DNA of 64,000 nucleotides. Source: Chrysomallon squamiferum. Its lineage: Eukaryota; Animalia; Mollusca. Both the position numbers and the translations under genes were made by a program. Numbering within the stretch: position 1 is the stretch's first letter; every line of letters begins with the position of its first letter. The notes beneath the pieces are model-generated. The model did no database searches and was not told the DNA's origin. It was given only the letters and a program-made list of their open reading frames with translations. The stretch spans positions 19,406,001 to 19,470,000 of the forward strand of contig CM022672.1 in NCBI GenBank assembly GCA_012295275.1. The letters run 5' to 3'. Shown one piece after another: positions 24,243 to 36,962 of the stretch.

Positions 24243-25163
24243 TTAACTGCTTAGTGCCTCAAACTCTTCAATGGTCATAGCTTCGAGTCGCTGAGGTCGT
24301 GGCTGGGAAGAAGGCGTGTTGGATTCTTCAGAATTGTCACTGGCATCGTCTGAAGTGTAACTCATCCTCGTCTGCCACTTGCTGTTCACAGAGTACTCTT
24401 TACTCGAACCTCCACTGCTCAGATCGTTGACGTACATACCGAGTTTCTGCCTCATCGAGGAGGAGTCTCTGTTGTTGTCACTGTAATGAGAACTGTCCAT
24501 CATGACCATTTTCTGAGCCGGCATGATGTTACTGTGGGACGAGTAGCTGTCACTGAAAACTGTGCTCGTTCTAGCAACAGATTTCTGCCCTCCTGTTCCA
24601 GTACCGCTACTGGCGTATGTGGAGTAGTAGTCACTGTCTGAGAGTATGTTTATCAGAGAATCTCGGTCCTGGGAGCTGTTTCCATTAGTAACTCTTTGAG
24701 TTCTCCGAAACTTGGGTGGTGGATCAATTTTTGGTGTGGGTGTAGTATTTGCATTAAGGTTTATTTTTAAATCGAGGCGGTTTCCACTGGCATCTTGTGG
24801 TGGGCATGGTGTGATGATGCTAACTTTGTCATCGTTAAGTTTTTTGCCATTAAAATCGTCACCACTGGCACTATTGTACGAATGTCTAAATGGATTTCCA
24901 TTGCACGTTGCACTCGATGCGACGGTAGTTCCATAGGAATTGCACCAGCCGTTGCTCTCAGACTGGGTGAGGTTGTAGGACAAGCTGTCAGATGACATTT
25001 CTCTGTGTCCGCTGTCTGGAGATTCGGTGTCCAGACTGGCCTTAGTGTTCTCAAACATAGCATTATCAGAGAGTGTTTGCAAGTACGAGCTGTCAACTTC
25101 TCGAAACTCTGGAAGGTAGACAGGTCCGGGTCGAGGTGTGGAAGGGTCAGGAAGAACAGGGAC
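24243..25163 (-). CDS. NOS1AP: NOS1AP/CAPON-like, last coding exon (Ser-rich C-terminus)
   Basis: Acceptor tttacAG at 25164, phase 0; VPVLPDPSTPRPGPVYLPEFREVDSSY joins ORF 24243-25082; stop TAA. Confidence 0.85.
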   Translation of the reverse strand, partial: VPVLPDPSTPRPGPVYLPEFREVDSSYLQTLSDNAMFENTKASLDTESPDSGHREMSSDSLSYNLTQSESNGWCNSYGTTVASSATCNGNPFRHSYNSASGDDFNGKKLNDDKVSIITPCPPQDASGNRLDLKINLNANTTPTPKIDPPPKFRRTQRVTNGNSSQDRDSLINILSDSDYYSTYASSGTGTGGQKSVARTSTVFSDSYSSHSNIMPAQKMVMMDSSHYSDNNRDSSSMRQKLGMYVNDLSSGGSSKEYSVNSKWQTRMSYTSDDASDNSEESNTPSSQPRPQRLEAMTIEEFEALSS

Positions 25164-25309
25164 CTGTAAAAATTAGTTTTTTAAAATTAGTTTACCTAAT
25201 GTTTTACATTAACCATCCACATATTGTGTGTGACTGTGTGTGTGTGTAGTAAATGAATGGACACATTTTCAACATCACACTTAGGATCAGAAATAAAATT
25301 TCATTTTAC

Positions 25310-25480
25310 TGAATAAAAGATTGTTCAACAACATCTCAGTATTGGTTATTGAGTGTCAGCTATACATTTTCTAAGGAATTTCTGTCAGCAATTAACAGTT
25401 AGCAGCAAAGGATCTTTTAGACAATCTAGCAGAGAGAGAAAAGCATACACCATGTCTTTTGATAAACCATGGCTTGAAAT
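25310..25480 (-). mobile_element. Degenerate tRNA-derived SINE copy
   Basis: The reverse complement contains aaagacatggtgtatg...taaaagatcctttgctgctaa, a core shared with the copies at ~39620 and ~60200. Confidence 0.5.
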
Positions 25481-25609
25481 GTGTTTAAAGTTCAGAGGTA
25501 ATAAGAGATAAAGAGGCTAAGCAACTGAAAGTAATTAATGAACATTATTTTAAAATTAACATCTTTATGTTACTCTTCATTCTACACAGATAATCAAAGT
25601 TGTATTTAC

Positions 25610-25750
25610 CTGAGGTGGAGTTTGAAACAGGGCATCAGAGTTAGATGAAACACCATTGACCTTAACCTCCAGTTCCTGTATCCTGACCACCAGCTGTGTC
25701 ACGTGATCAAGGAGGTCACGATTATGCATCAGCAACTGGTGAGCACGAGC
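25610..25750 (-). CDS. NOS1AP: NOS1AP/CAPON-like exon (coiled coil)
   Basis: ARAHQLLMHNRDLLDHVTQLVVRIQELE resembles the conserved CAPON ARVHQLLLQNKDML region; AG/GT boundaries, 141 nt. Confidence 0.92.
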
Positions 25751-26008
25751 CTGTAGGAAACAGAAAAATTAGTTTATAAAATAATGTCAAAAAATTTGAC
25801 AGAATAAAACAAGAAACTATTTTGAGATGAATGAATAAAACTATAGTGAGATTACTAAAAACATGGTTATTAGTTTGAGTGGGAATGGAATTTTGTGATA
25901 AACATTTAAGGATGAAAGATACTGAGATAATTTTTAAAGCATCGCCTTGAATATGTTATTAATTATTAGCTAGTAAGAAGAACTTTAGGAAAAACAAACA
26001 AATCAAAA

Positions 26009-26039
<31 letters not shown>

Positions 26040-26040
26040 A

Positions 26041-26225
26041 TATAGTATAGTAAAGAATAGTATAGTATAGAATAGTATAGTATAGAATAGTATAGTATAG
26101 TATAGTATAGTACAGTACAGTAGAGTACAATACAGTATAGTATAGTATAGTATAGTATAGTATAGTTTAGTATAGTACAGTATAGTATAGTATTGTATAG
26201 TAAAGTAAAGTAAACTAAAGTAAAG
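26041..26225. repeat. (TAGTA)n pentanucleotide microsatellite next to (AAAT)n
   Basis: Directly visible. Confidence 0.95.
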
Positions 26226-26510
26226 ATAAATAAAATAAATAAATAAATAAAAATATTAAAATAACAGAACACAAAAACTAATAGATAAACATCAACAAAT
26301 GCTGTTGAATAATAAAATTCAATACGCTATGTACTCCATATGTACTGAACATGAGATATATTTCAGTCAATTAACTATTGTTAACAACTTTTCACATAAT
26401 CTATATTTGTGTAAAAATATATTTTTAATTTTAAATTAAAATCTCAGAGAAGCCTTTAGGAGTCAGTAGTTTTATACTTTTTATACATCTTTAAAATATC
26501 ATTTTATTAC

Positions 26511-26541
<31 letters not shown>

Positions 26542-26561
26542 ACAGTTTACTCCATACTAAC

Positions 26562-26780
26562 TTGAGCTTCAATGCGTGCAGCAGTTTCTGCTGATAGCTG
26601 GTCTTTCAGCAGATGCACTTGGGCTATGGCAACCTGAGTCTGATGCTGCTGCTGTTCAAGCTGCTGCCTCAGCAACTGCATCTGATGATGGGCACTAAGT
26701 GGAAGTTGTGAGTCTTGGGCGTAGTCTCCCAGAATGACAGGTGAACCGAGAGGAGATGAAATAGTTGTTCCTCCACCCGG
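26562..26780 (-). CDS. NOS1AP: NOS1AP/CAPON-like exon (coiled coil)
   Basis: HHQMQLLRQQLEQQQHQTQVAIAQVHLLKDQLSAETAARIEAQ is the hallmark CAPON segment; 219 nt, phase 0/0. Confidence 0.93.
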
Positions 26781-27100
26781 CTAAAATCAAAGACCAAACT
26801 CAAACGTTTTAAACATACTTCACTCCTTATTTAAGATTTAAAATTTTTAAAAAAACCCGTAAGAAAACAGTTTCAAGAAAAAAACCTTTACTTGCTTCAT
26901 TTATAATTTCTTCACCAATTTATTTAAGAGTTCTTAATAAATTAATAGAGATTATATCATTTTTTATTATTACTTTTTTTAAGTTTAAATTTGTTTTACC
27001 ATTCTTCATTAAAGAGATTATGCCTTGTTATAAAGCCAGTTAATCTGACTGTAACAATAATAAGTGGTCAGTTACATAAAATTAAAATAAATAAATAAAA

Positions 27101-27159
<59 letters not shown>

Positions 27160-27262
27160 ACAGAAGTCCTCCATCCCCAAGTTCCTAAATATAAAGCATT
27201 ATAATCGTAAATTAAAAGTTAGATATCATTGAAAAATACTAATGATGGTTATTACTACTTAC

Positions 27263-27408
27263 AGTGGGAGTACTGGCTCCCATGGAGTGTAATAATTTCT
27301 GGGCCTGTTTGAGAGCTAGATCAGTGGGTGGAGTCACCTTGTTGTTCAGAGTTGTCTCCTCTTCTTTCTTACTGAAATCTTTATCCTGTTTCTCATTAGC
27401 TTCCAGAT
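27263..27408 (-). CDS. NOS1AP: NOS1AP/CAPON-like exon (linker)
   Basis: ctttcAG acceptor, GTAAGT donor, 146 nt, phase 1/0 matching the neighbouring exons; LEANEKQDKDFSKKEEE... Confidence 0.8.
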
Positions 27409-30400
27409 CTGAAAGATAAAACATGTTCATTTAATGTTTTGTTTTACATAAATAGCACATGTCTGTCTGTAATTAGTGTGAATTCTTCTTTAAGCTTATT
27501 TCTCGAGCTTCTGAGCACCCTGGTTCAAATCCTTGTTTTTGTACCAGAGTGAACAATAATATTACAAATAATTTGATTGAAAAATAAAAACATATACAAT
27601 ATTTCAAATGTTATTTCCCAATATATTCAGGAGGGAATAGGTTGTCAATGATTGCTGAATACAGATAATTTAAAAATAAAATAAAGGAAAAAAAGGAAAC
27701 CACTTGGAATGGTATTTATTTGACATTCATTTATAAAACAACATACTAATACCTCCACTGTGTTTATTACAAATATTGGATTGCGGAATCATCAGCAAAA
27801 GAAATTAAAGTATATTTCTATGTTATAGATTTGAATAGTTGTTTGTAACTTATCTAATCAGACTCATGGGAGACAGCAAGACAGCAGTTATCAACAATTC
27901 AATATTAAAGCAGCTCTATATTAAACAATAAAAAATACCTAACAAGACTGAGTGTTAATTATATTACAGTATATCTCATTTTCTTTCATATTTTTTGTAT
28001 TTTATGTAACTGTTTTACTGCAGCAGCAATTTCATACATAAACCAAAGAAACACATACAAGTTATAAATCGCATTAACTTGAAAGATCAGCTATCTGCAT
28101 GTATGTAAGTATGCAAACCAATATATATTCATACTGGTATCTAGTAAGTTAATCTACCATGCACTCTTGTCTGAATTCCTTTCAAATGAACCTGAACAGT
28201 ACTCTTAGAAAGAAGAATTACAACATACAGCGAGGAAATCTTCCATGTTGTTCAAATTACAATGTACTTTTCTGTAAGAATGAAAGTTTATTTTTATTTT
28301 TTATTTATGTATTAATTTACTTAAGGTTTCTGAAATGTTTTATTTATTTTTAAAAGATAAGCTTCTTTAACAAAAACAATTAAAAAAAATTAAAAAAAAA
28401 AAAAAAAAAAGAGAGAGAGAGAGAGAGAAAAGAGGTAAATATCAAATTCCTCTGTTGGTTTATTTCAAAAGCCCAAATTCATTTGTCTGTGCCTGAAGCA
28501 CATTAAGATAAAGCAGACCCTCCACAGTGCTTCATGTATTTTGCAATCTTCAAAAGTCAAGCAATGCTGTTAAAATCTTCCACCGATGTTGTTACATTTT
28601 AAAATGTGATAACTTATCAATAAACATGAAATGAGTATTTCACAATAAATAATAAAAAGCAATTATAGCTAGCAGCAAAAATGTTTGTGTAAAATCTGAG
28701 TGTGTATCTGTCTGTCACACTGTGTGTTTATCTGCAATATTTATGCGTGCAAGTCTCATTTTCTTTATTCTGCAGTAACAGAAGTAAACATTCTCTTACA
28801 ACAGAAATAGTCAGGATGTTTGTCCAATTAAAAAAATACTGTGCAGAAATAAAAATTTCAAATCATGGAGTGTAATAACATACTGTAGTCAAAAACGACA
28901 TCTGATTATCTTTTTTAATGTGCAATTTTTGAGATTATGCCTCAAAAGTATTATAAGAAGAGGCCAGTTAAGTTTTTTTTTAATTCTGATCTCAAATGAA
29001 AATTGTCAACCTAGTGCAGTACGACTCATGTAAATCTGCCAAGGGAAATGACATTTTCATTTTATCTGATGTTAACAGAATACAATTTATGATCTTGTTT
29101 CTGTGTCCTGATTGTAAATAACACAAGCTTGTTGAGAATTTAGTTTTTTTCTCTTTACCAAAAAATGTTCTATACTAGCCTGTTTCCTGAAATGTATGAT
29201 TAATTTTCCTTGAAAGATATTTTCTGAGGGAAAGACAATTTAGTCAGCCAGTAATGAAAGACGGCATCATGCAGCCATATCACAGAACTGTGTTAGTGGT
29301 TTAATTAATGCCTGACCTTTCAAAATAATAATAATATAACTGTGATGATCAAAGTTCAGTTTGCTGAATCTTAAACCATTTCTCAGAGACAAAGTAGTGA
29401 AAATTCTTTAATGCTTCATCTTTAAATAAAAGTGATAACATATTAAATGACAATCTTTATCATATGCTGTTTCATAAAGCACAATATGAATAAAACTGTG
29501 TAAATACTTTTTGTAGTTTTGTTTTTTGTTTTACTTGGCAGCAATCCTTTGCTAAAGATAAATTATGACAAGCTTGTGATGATGCATGGAATCTTGCCTT
29601 CTTACAAGCTTGTTATTTTATCATTAGCAAAATCTGATGAGCAAATACAAATTAAACAATAACATTAAAAGGTAACCAGTCATTTTACATACCAGTCAGA
29701 TAAGAATTTTTAACAAAATGTCTTTCCAACATCACCCATTTACAAGATTCAGTGTGATTTGTTCCAATTATAATAAATGTATTCTGATGACAAACATCTT
29801 GTTCCTTTGCATTTCTGTCTTCATTCTGCTTTTGTTTTTGTTAACTGTAATGTTTCTTAAAGAATATAAGAAACAGAGATCTGTCTTTCTGACAAGGTGA
29901 CAATAAAATCAGCTCATTTTGTATTTAAATTTTATGGGTTTTTTAAATAATAAAATGAAATAAGAATTTTAAAGGTAAAAGAAAAACCAAATACATAAAA
30001 CTGAAAAATGAATGTGTAATAAAATTGTATCAAAAGATCCAATAACCTTTACTGGTTAGTATGTTACATGTTTTTTTTTTAGCTCTTTTTTCTTCTTCTT
30101 CTTTTCTAAATACAATCTGATGTCTGCTTGAAGCATCAGTGTCTGCTACTGAGACTGACAACAACACTTCATGACATCCTTATAATACTACTCAAAAAAA
30201 ATATATATATTACAAAAAAAAAGAAAAAAAAAGAAGCAAGAACTAGGTTCTTAATTTCACTCAACAGAGAGAGAGAGAAAAAAATTCTTTGATCAATAAA
30301 GGTGTACTGTGTAACAATTGGCTGAAGTATCACAAGCTATATTTAGTGGCTACTTCAATTAGCTCTGGTGCTTGACATTATAACATCATTACTACCACAA

Positions 30401-31473
30401 AGATGAGAGTATCTTCAAATAGCCACAGCCATTAAACAATAGCTGGAAGAATGCAAAAACACACATAATCAATTAGAAAAATGACTCTCAAAAAGTAAAA
30501 GCTAATGGCTGTTTGATTTCAAATATATTGCATATGTGACACACAGAAGGAGAAGATGCTGCTAAAAAAACACTAAAACTCTCTACATTTTTATCTAACA
30601 GACACTTTTTTCATGTCAGCAGTCTTTAATAGTCTGCTGAACAGTGATTGGAAAGTGAAGAATTAATGGAACTGAATCAGATTAGTGCTCTGTAACGACT
30701 CTCCACATCATACACAATGCACAGTGTTTCAAAAATAATTGTGTGACTGAAAAACACATTAACCTTGATGACTGTTAGTAAAGAAAATTACGTCAAACAT
30801 GAAAATCTGTTTAATATTTCATGTCAAACACTCTTACATATACAAGATAAAGTGTGGTATTCAAAGAGTTGCATCTGTGCTGTAAATTATCAGTATTTGT
30901 GAAGTCTGGTCTTAGATGCAGCCTTGGCATTCAAGAAATATTCACCTAAGATGTAAAAGTTCTACATTCAAGGAGTCTTGATCCTAAGAGGTAAAAATTG
31001 TATTTTCATTGAATTTTATAAGTAAGAATTTATTATTCATTAAGTCAGATACAGAGGCTAAACTTTAATATTTGATATGTCTAGATCTAAGATTTAAAAT
31101 TATATTTTCAGTGAAATATATAATGAAGGATTTATTTAAAAAGTCAGCTACAGAGGTAAAATATTAAACATGTCAAAATCCAAGGTGCAAGTAGGACCCT
31201 ACATTTAAGTCTTAAGGTGCCGGGACCCCAGATCATAGGTGTAAAATTTCTACAGTTCAGTAAATTTAACATACAAGAACTCAACATCCAAGATGCCTGG
31301 TAATAGATGTTAAGATCTGATATTTAACAAGCCTACATTTAAGGTGAAATGACTCTATAGATTCAAAGAATCTCAAAGTGACAAGACAACATTACTGAAT
31401 GTTAAAGGCTTGGATTCCAGTGTGTTAGGAATACATTTAACCCTATCTAAAGACATAAAACACTTTTTCTTAC

Positions 31474-31612
31474 TTTCTGTGACATGCTTTTCGCTATCAG
31501 TTGGTGATTTCTCGCCATTTCCTTCGTCTGGGTGTGATGGGCTGCTCAAAGTCAGTTTGTGACACACTTCGAAAGCCTGGCCAATGGTTCTCACAATCCT
31601 CATTGCCTGACT
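31474..31612 (-). CDS. NOS1AP: NOS1AP/CAPON-like exon (end of PTB domain)
   Basis: SQAMRIVRTIGQAFEVCHKL; tttcAG acceptor; GTAAGA donor at 31473 gives phase 1, compatible with the next exon. Confidence 0.93.
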
Positions 31613-32430
31613 CTGAAACAAAACACACATTAATTAGCTAAAACATAACAAACCATTCAGATCCATCTATATTTTATCATTACCTCATGTAAATAAAATA
31701 TATTCCTAGTTATCGTTATAAATAAATATATAATAATAGTAAAAGGAATAACATATGTACTATTTTTTTCAACAAAAAAAAACAACAAAAAGTGAGAAAA
31801 TAAAATTTAAAAAAAAAGAGTAATTGTATGTGAGCACTTTTTTCTTTTCTCCATATAAATTTTATAAATTATTATGTTACCATAAATAACATTCAGTTTT
31901 AAATGAAATGAGATTACTGGCATAGTATTATGAATAAAACTAATATCAAGTAACCAAAATTATTGCCTTCATTATAATGTTTTAATAAATAGTGTAACAA
32001 AATAATAATAATAATGTATTACAATGGAAAGTCATATTTATCATTAACTCATTTTAAATTATATATAGGCAGAATGAATTCACAAGTAACACATGATAAT
32101 GTTGGGAATAAACAATATGAAGAATAACTACAACTCATACATATACACAAAAAAATCTTAAATATTGAGAAGTGTTGCCTATACAAATATATAAATAGTA
32201 AGGTGTATATATATATATATACACACACACACACATCCAAACACTAAAAACACATACATTTACACATACATACATACATTCACATGTATATACATACATA
32301 CATACACACACACAAACACACACACACATATAATACATACAAACAAACTATGTACATACATAAATAAAAACATGCTATTCCACAATTAAATGTATTCTGT
32401 ATGTCTTATCTGAACAAAATATGTACAGAC

Positions 32431-32469
32431 CTTTCTGCCCATCCTGGGCTGTTTCACGTAAACTGCCAT
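32431..32469 (-). CDS. NOS1AP: Candidate alternative first coding exon B of CAPON (MAVYVKQPRMGRK)
   Basis: ATG at 32469, 13 codons, AAG|GTCTGT donor, phase 0 into exon 31612; homologous to candidate exon A. Confidence 0.6.
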
Positions 32470-33422
32470 ACTCCAAAGTTTTCAAACAGTTCCTTTTACC
32501 CCCACACAAACACACACACACCTGGCCTGCACTGCCAGACTGTGCTACAAGTAGGAGGAAGTTTACCTATACCTGATGGTCACAGAGGCCCTGAACAGAC
32601 CACAAGACTTTTAAACATCTGCTTCCCACCATCTCGGCTGATAGATATGCACACATCTGCTATAATCTACAGACAGGGGGATTTGATGTTGTTGCTAAAA
32701 CATTAAAGAAGCCAGGACAGGAAATACCAGGGGTAGAACTTGACCCCGCTGCCTGGTCAATAATAAACATGTGGGTGAGAGGATGGCAACATGAAAAGAG
32801 TCCTGTTACTAGGTAAGTGGTGCATATCCAGAATGCATAGTAGACACAGTGCTTTATCTACAGGCTGATTGGATTCTTTGCAGAGTTGCATGCAAATGGA
32901 AACTGGTTAACTGTATATCTGCAGAAGTGATTGATTGATTGTTACTGTGATGGCAGAAGCAGATGACTGCATGGATGGATGGAATGGATTGGAATATGGC
33001 TGGAGAGATGAGCAGAAAATAACTATGGAATACTGGAACTGAATGTTTGCAATGGTATGGCATTAGATGGGAAAATGTGAATAAAATGAAGATAACAATT
33101 TGAAAAAAAAAAAAAAAACAATAAGTAATAAAACAGGAAGACAAAAAGCAAGAGCACCATTAAGAGAAAATAAATTTGTTTAAATTATAAACAAAAACTT
33201 AAAAAAATTATGGTTTAATTTAAAATAATTGATTACAATAAAGTAAATATTTCTTTGATTTTGAATAAAATGGCTTTAAATAATTACAAATGCCTAATAT
33301 GGCAAAAAAAATCATTCATATTTTCCTCAAAACCATCATCAAAAAATAATTTTTAAAAAAAAGGAAAAAAAAAGGAAACTAATTCAATTTTTAACCAAAC
33401 CCAGTTTGCACCTCATTCACAC

Positions 33423-33434
33423 CTTTGTAGATAC
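33423..33434 (-). CDS. NOS1AP: Candidate 12-nt microexon (VSTK)
   Basis: tctttttccttttttacttgtCAG|GTATCTACAAAG|GTGTGA; frame-preserving in a phase-0 intron. Confidence 0.4.
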
Positions 33435-34407
33435 CTGACAAGTAAAAAAGGAAAAAGATACTGCTACTCTCATACACATACAAAAAAAAAAAAAAGGAAT
33501 AAAAGAAGAAAAACCATATGCAAGTAAGCAGATATTGAGGAAATAATTTAACCAATCTGGCAAAAAAGGGAGAGCCAGGTTAATGGTAGACACATCTGTG
33601 TTGAAAAGGTTAATACAGGTTTGGTTGAAAGGCAAGCTGGGTGAAACAACACTCCAGGTAAATTAATATACTTTGTTGAGACCACAGTACACATCTCCCA
33701 GCCATTTTTCATCAGCTGTATAAAACAGCAACAAAATGAAAAAAGAAGAAAAAAAACCACACAAACTTAACAAATTGCTTCTGGAAATCAGTTAAAAATA
33801 ACAGACCACTTAAATTACAGTTTGTATTGGAAAAATGCACTTGATCAGAAAATGACACTGATCAGGAAATTCAAACTACCATTTTACTCTTGGGGGGAAA
33901 AAAGAAAGAAAGAAAAAAAAATCTTGCCTCAAGTAAAGAAAAGATCAAGTATGGACATGTGTGTGGTAAGAGAGAAATGAGTGTGTGCAACTAGACTGGT
34001 GTTTATTAGCAGTCTGTTGTCTCAGTCTCTGTTTCATTTCCTTTGCCCTCTTTCTTCCTTCTTTTGTGCAATGGAATTCAAAGCAAATATAATTAACTCG
34101 GTTAATCACATCAATCTGCATACAGTCACTTTCAACTTTGACTGCACCATTCACCAGATGCTGGAATATTAAATGAAGTTGCTGGCAAAATAAAATTAAT
34201 TTACTTGGCTTCAGTTAAATCCTAGACAACAAGTCATTACCATTATACTATTTGCAGATAGATCAGACTGTTTCATTTCTTGTTGAATTTAAAAAAAAAA
34301 TTAAAAAAAATAATATATTTTGTTTAATTTCCTAATCATGAAAATCTTTTGCTACCATGTGATCAGACTCTGTATTTTATTCCTTATTAAAAAAAAAAAA
34401 AAAAAAA

Positions 34408-34461
<54 letters not shown>

Positions 34462-35171
34462 CAAAATAGATAAATATAAAAATTTAAAAGATTTTTTTTT
34501 TTTTAATTCTAGACCAGACAGTTTCAAGATTTTACCATTTGAATTAAATTATTTTTCAGAAATCCTGATTTTCAAAACATAATGTATTTATCAGACATTT
34601 CATTCAATCTGGCTGATTTTGCTGCAGTTTTTTTTTTGTTTGTTTTGTTTTGGGTTTTTTTTTTATCTGAAAACAACACTGACATAAATAATTAATTAAA
34701 ATCTGTAACTCAGAGATTGCCAAAGCAAATGAATCTTTCGGTTAATGAAATAACGTTATTAAAACAATTTTCTAAATGTCAGAGTAATTTCACATGATGT
34801 TTAATTAACACTTCCAACCGTACAGCTTGTTCAAGACAGAGAGACAACATGTTAAGAATCAATCAACCGTTTGAAACAAGCTTTCACTCACTGATGCTTG
34901 AAGCACACACACATGTATATAGTGCAGATGTTCCTAAAAGCTGGTCTGTCTGCTGTGGGCAGTTTTAGAGACTGTTAGATAAAATAACAAATAAAAAGCC
35001 AGAGGATAGAGGATTCACACCTCTGCAGTTGTTAGAGACAATAACGGGATGTGATCCTGCTACCTGTCAAACTGAAAGCTAAAGTGTTAACGGATCCAGG
35101 AGTATGGCTGGTGTGTTGATGATAAAAGATTTACTGCAGTCTTGCACTAAATTAATTAATTTGAAAAACAT

Positions 35172-35209
<38 letters not shown>

Positions 35210-35880
35210 CTTGAAATTGAAGCTTTCTTCTACATTTTAATTAAAATTGCCTAATATGATCTTCCTGCTAAGCCAGAATTAATGCAAAATGTGTTCAGAA
35301 ACAGACAGAGAGAGAGAGAGAGAAAAAAAAAATAATTCATGAGGTATTTCTTCCTGTTAACTGTTACCTTGTTTTTCATATTATTTCATTTTCTAAAATA
35401 CATTAAAAAAGAGAAAGAAAAAAAAAACTATGAAGTAATGTGAAGTGAGAGAATATGCTGACATTCTGTTTTGTCAGTACGACTGTACTTTGACACATTA
35501 ATCTTTCACAAAGAAATTCACAGCAGTAAGTCTTCTTTGACGTGTTTGTTTTTGGAGGACCAAAAAAAAAAAAAAAAAAAAAATCAATCTGGAGCTGTAA
35601 TTAATGTCTCACTTGCATTATAAAATTTCTGGTTTTTATAGTATATATAATAAGAGGCAGCAGATACATATATTAAGAAAAAAGAAAAGAAAGAATGAAA
35701 GAAAGAAAGAAAGAAAGAAAGAAAAGAAAGAATGAAAGAAAGAAAGAAAGAAAGAAAGAAAAGAAAGAAAAGAAAACGCAAGCCAGAAAGCTGAAAAATA
35801 CATATAAATTATATGAACACGTATTACTGTGTCAGTGATTGGAATTAACTAAGTTTAGTAATTCCATCAAGGAACAAGAA

Positions 35881-36100
35881 TATAGTGATTCAGTATTTAA
35901 AGTACAGTTTAGTGATTCAGTATTTAAAGTACAATATAGTGATTCAGTATTTAAAGTACAATATAGTAATTCAATATTGAAAGTACAATATAGTAATTCA
36001 GTATTTAAAGTACAATATAATGATTCAGTATTTAAAGTACAATATAGTGATTCAGTATTTAAAGTACAATATAGTGATTCAGTATTTAAATTACAATAGT
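35881..36100. repeat. 27-bp minisatellite, ~8 copies
   Basis: Unit tagtgattcagtatttaaagtacaata; explains the spurious ORF (YSDSVFKVQ)n. Confidence 0.95.
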
Positions 36101-36917
36101 TGACTCACTAAATGAAGTGTGTAACCAGTTCAGTAAATTAAATAACTGATTCCACAAATGAAGTACAGTAACAGTGATTCTTTTACATCATGGTATTATG
36201 AAATATATTTTTTTTTGGTAAACAGATTAAATGAAATTGTTTTATGAATAATGAAATACAATAAAATTTCAGTGAATGAAGTATAATACCAGAAACTAAA
36301 TATCAGTAATATTGTTGTTGTTGTTATAAATATATAATATCAAATAAACTGATATAAAGAATGTAGTTAAAATAACTCTTTATTAAAACACTAAATCCTT
36401 TTAAATAAAGTAAAATATAACATTAAAAATTAAATAAATAAAATTATAAACAAAAAATGTCTGTAATTATTTTTTCCCATTAAATTTCTCTTCACTAATT
36501 ACTTAATAAAATGGAGAAAATGATATATACAATTATTTCAGTAAATGAAATGAAAATATTTTTTTCAGAAGTCAAAATAATTCATAAAATATTTTAATTA
36601 AAAATAATAATAAATAAATAAATAATAATAATAATAATAAGACCTTAAAAATTAACATCATAATAAACACTTTAATAAAATCAAATAAACTTCTATTATA
36701 TATACTATAAACAGCAAAAAAAAAAAAATGTTTTAATGAATAAACAAGATTATGACACTGAAGTTGTTGTTTTCAGCACTATCTATAAACCAAAATGATT
36801 TTAATAACACTTTTAAAAACCGAAGTTGGCCATTAAAACCAAAACAAATGTTATTAGCACAATGAAAAACAAATAATAATATTATTAAAAAGTAATAAAA
36901 AGAAAACATTGATCTAC

Positions 36918-36962
36918 CTTCCTTTTCCCCATCCTGGAGGGTTTGTGCAGACAGACAGCCAT
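36918..36962 (-). CDS. NOS1AP: Candidate alternative first coding exon A of CAPON (MAVCLHKPSRMGKRK)
   Basis: aaacATGG Kozak context at 36962, 15 codons, AAG|GTAGAT donor, phase 0; TATAAAT about 165 nt upstream on the minus strand; homologous to exon B. Confidence 0.65.

Noticed and set aside
31373-31473. Extension of the PTB-end exon to the GT at 31463 or to the stop at 31373
   Set aside because: The 31463 donor gives phase 2, incompatible with the next exon; the GTAAGA donor at 31473 is stronger and phase-correct.
35839-36099. ORF with (YSDSVFKVQ)n repeats; array superficially CRISPR-like
   Set aside because: It is a head-to-tail 27-bp minisatellite with no unique spacers, in a eukaryotic intron antisense to CAPON.
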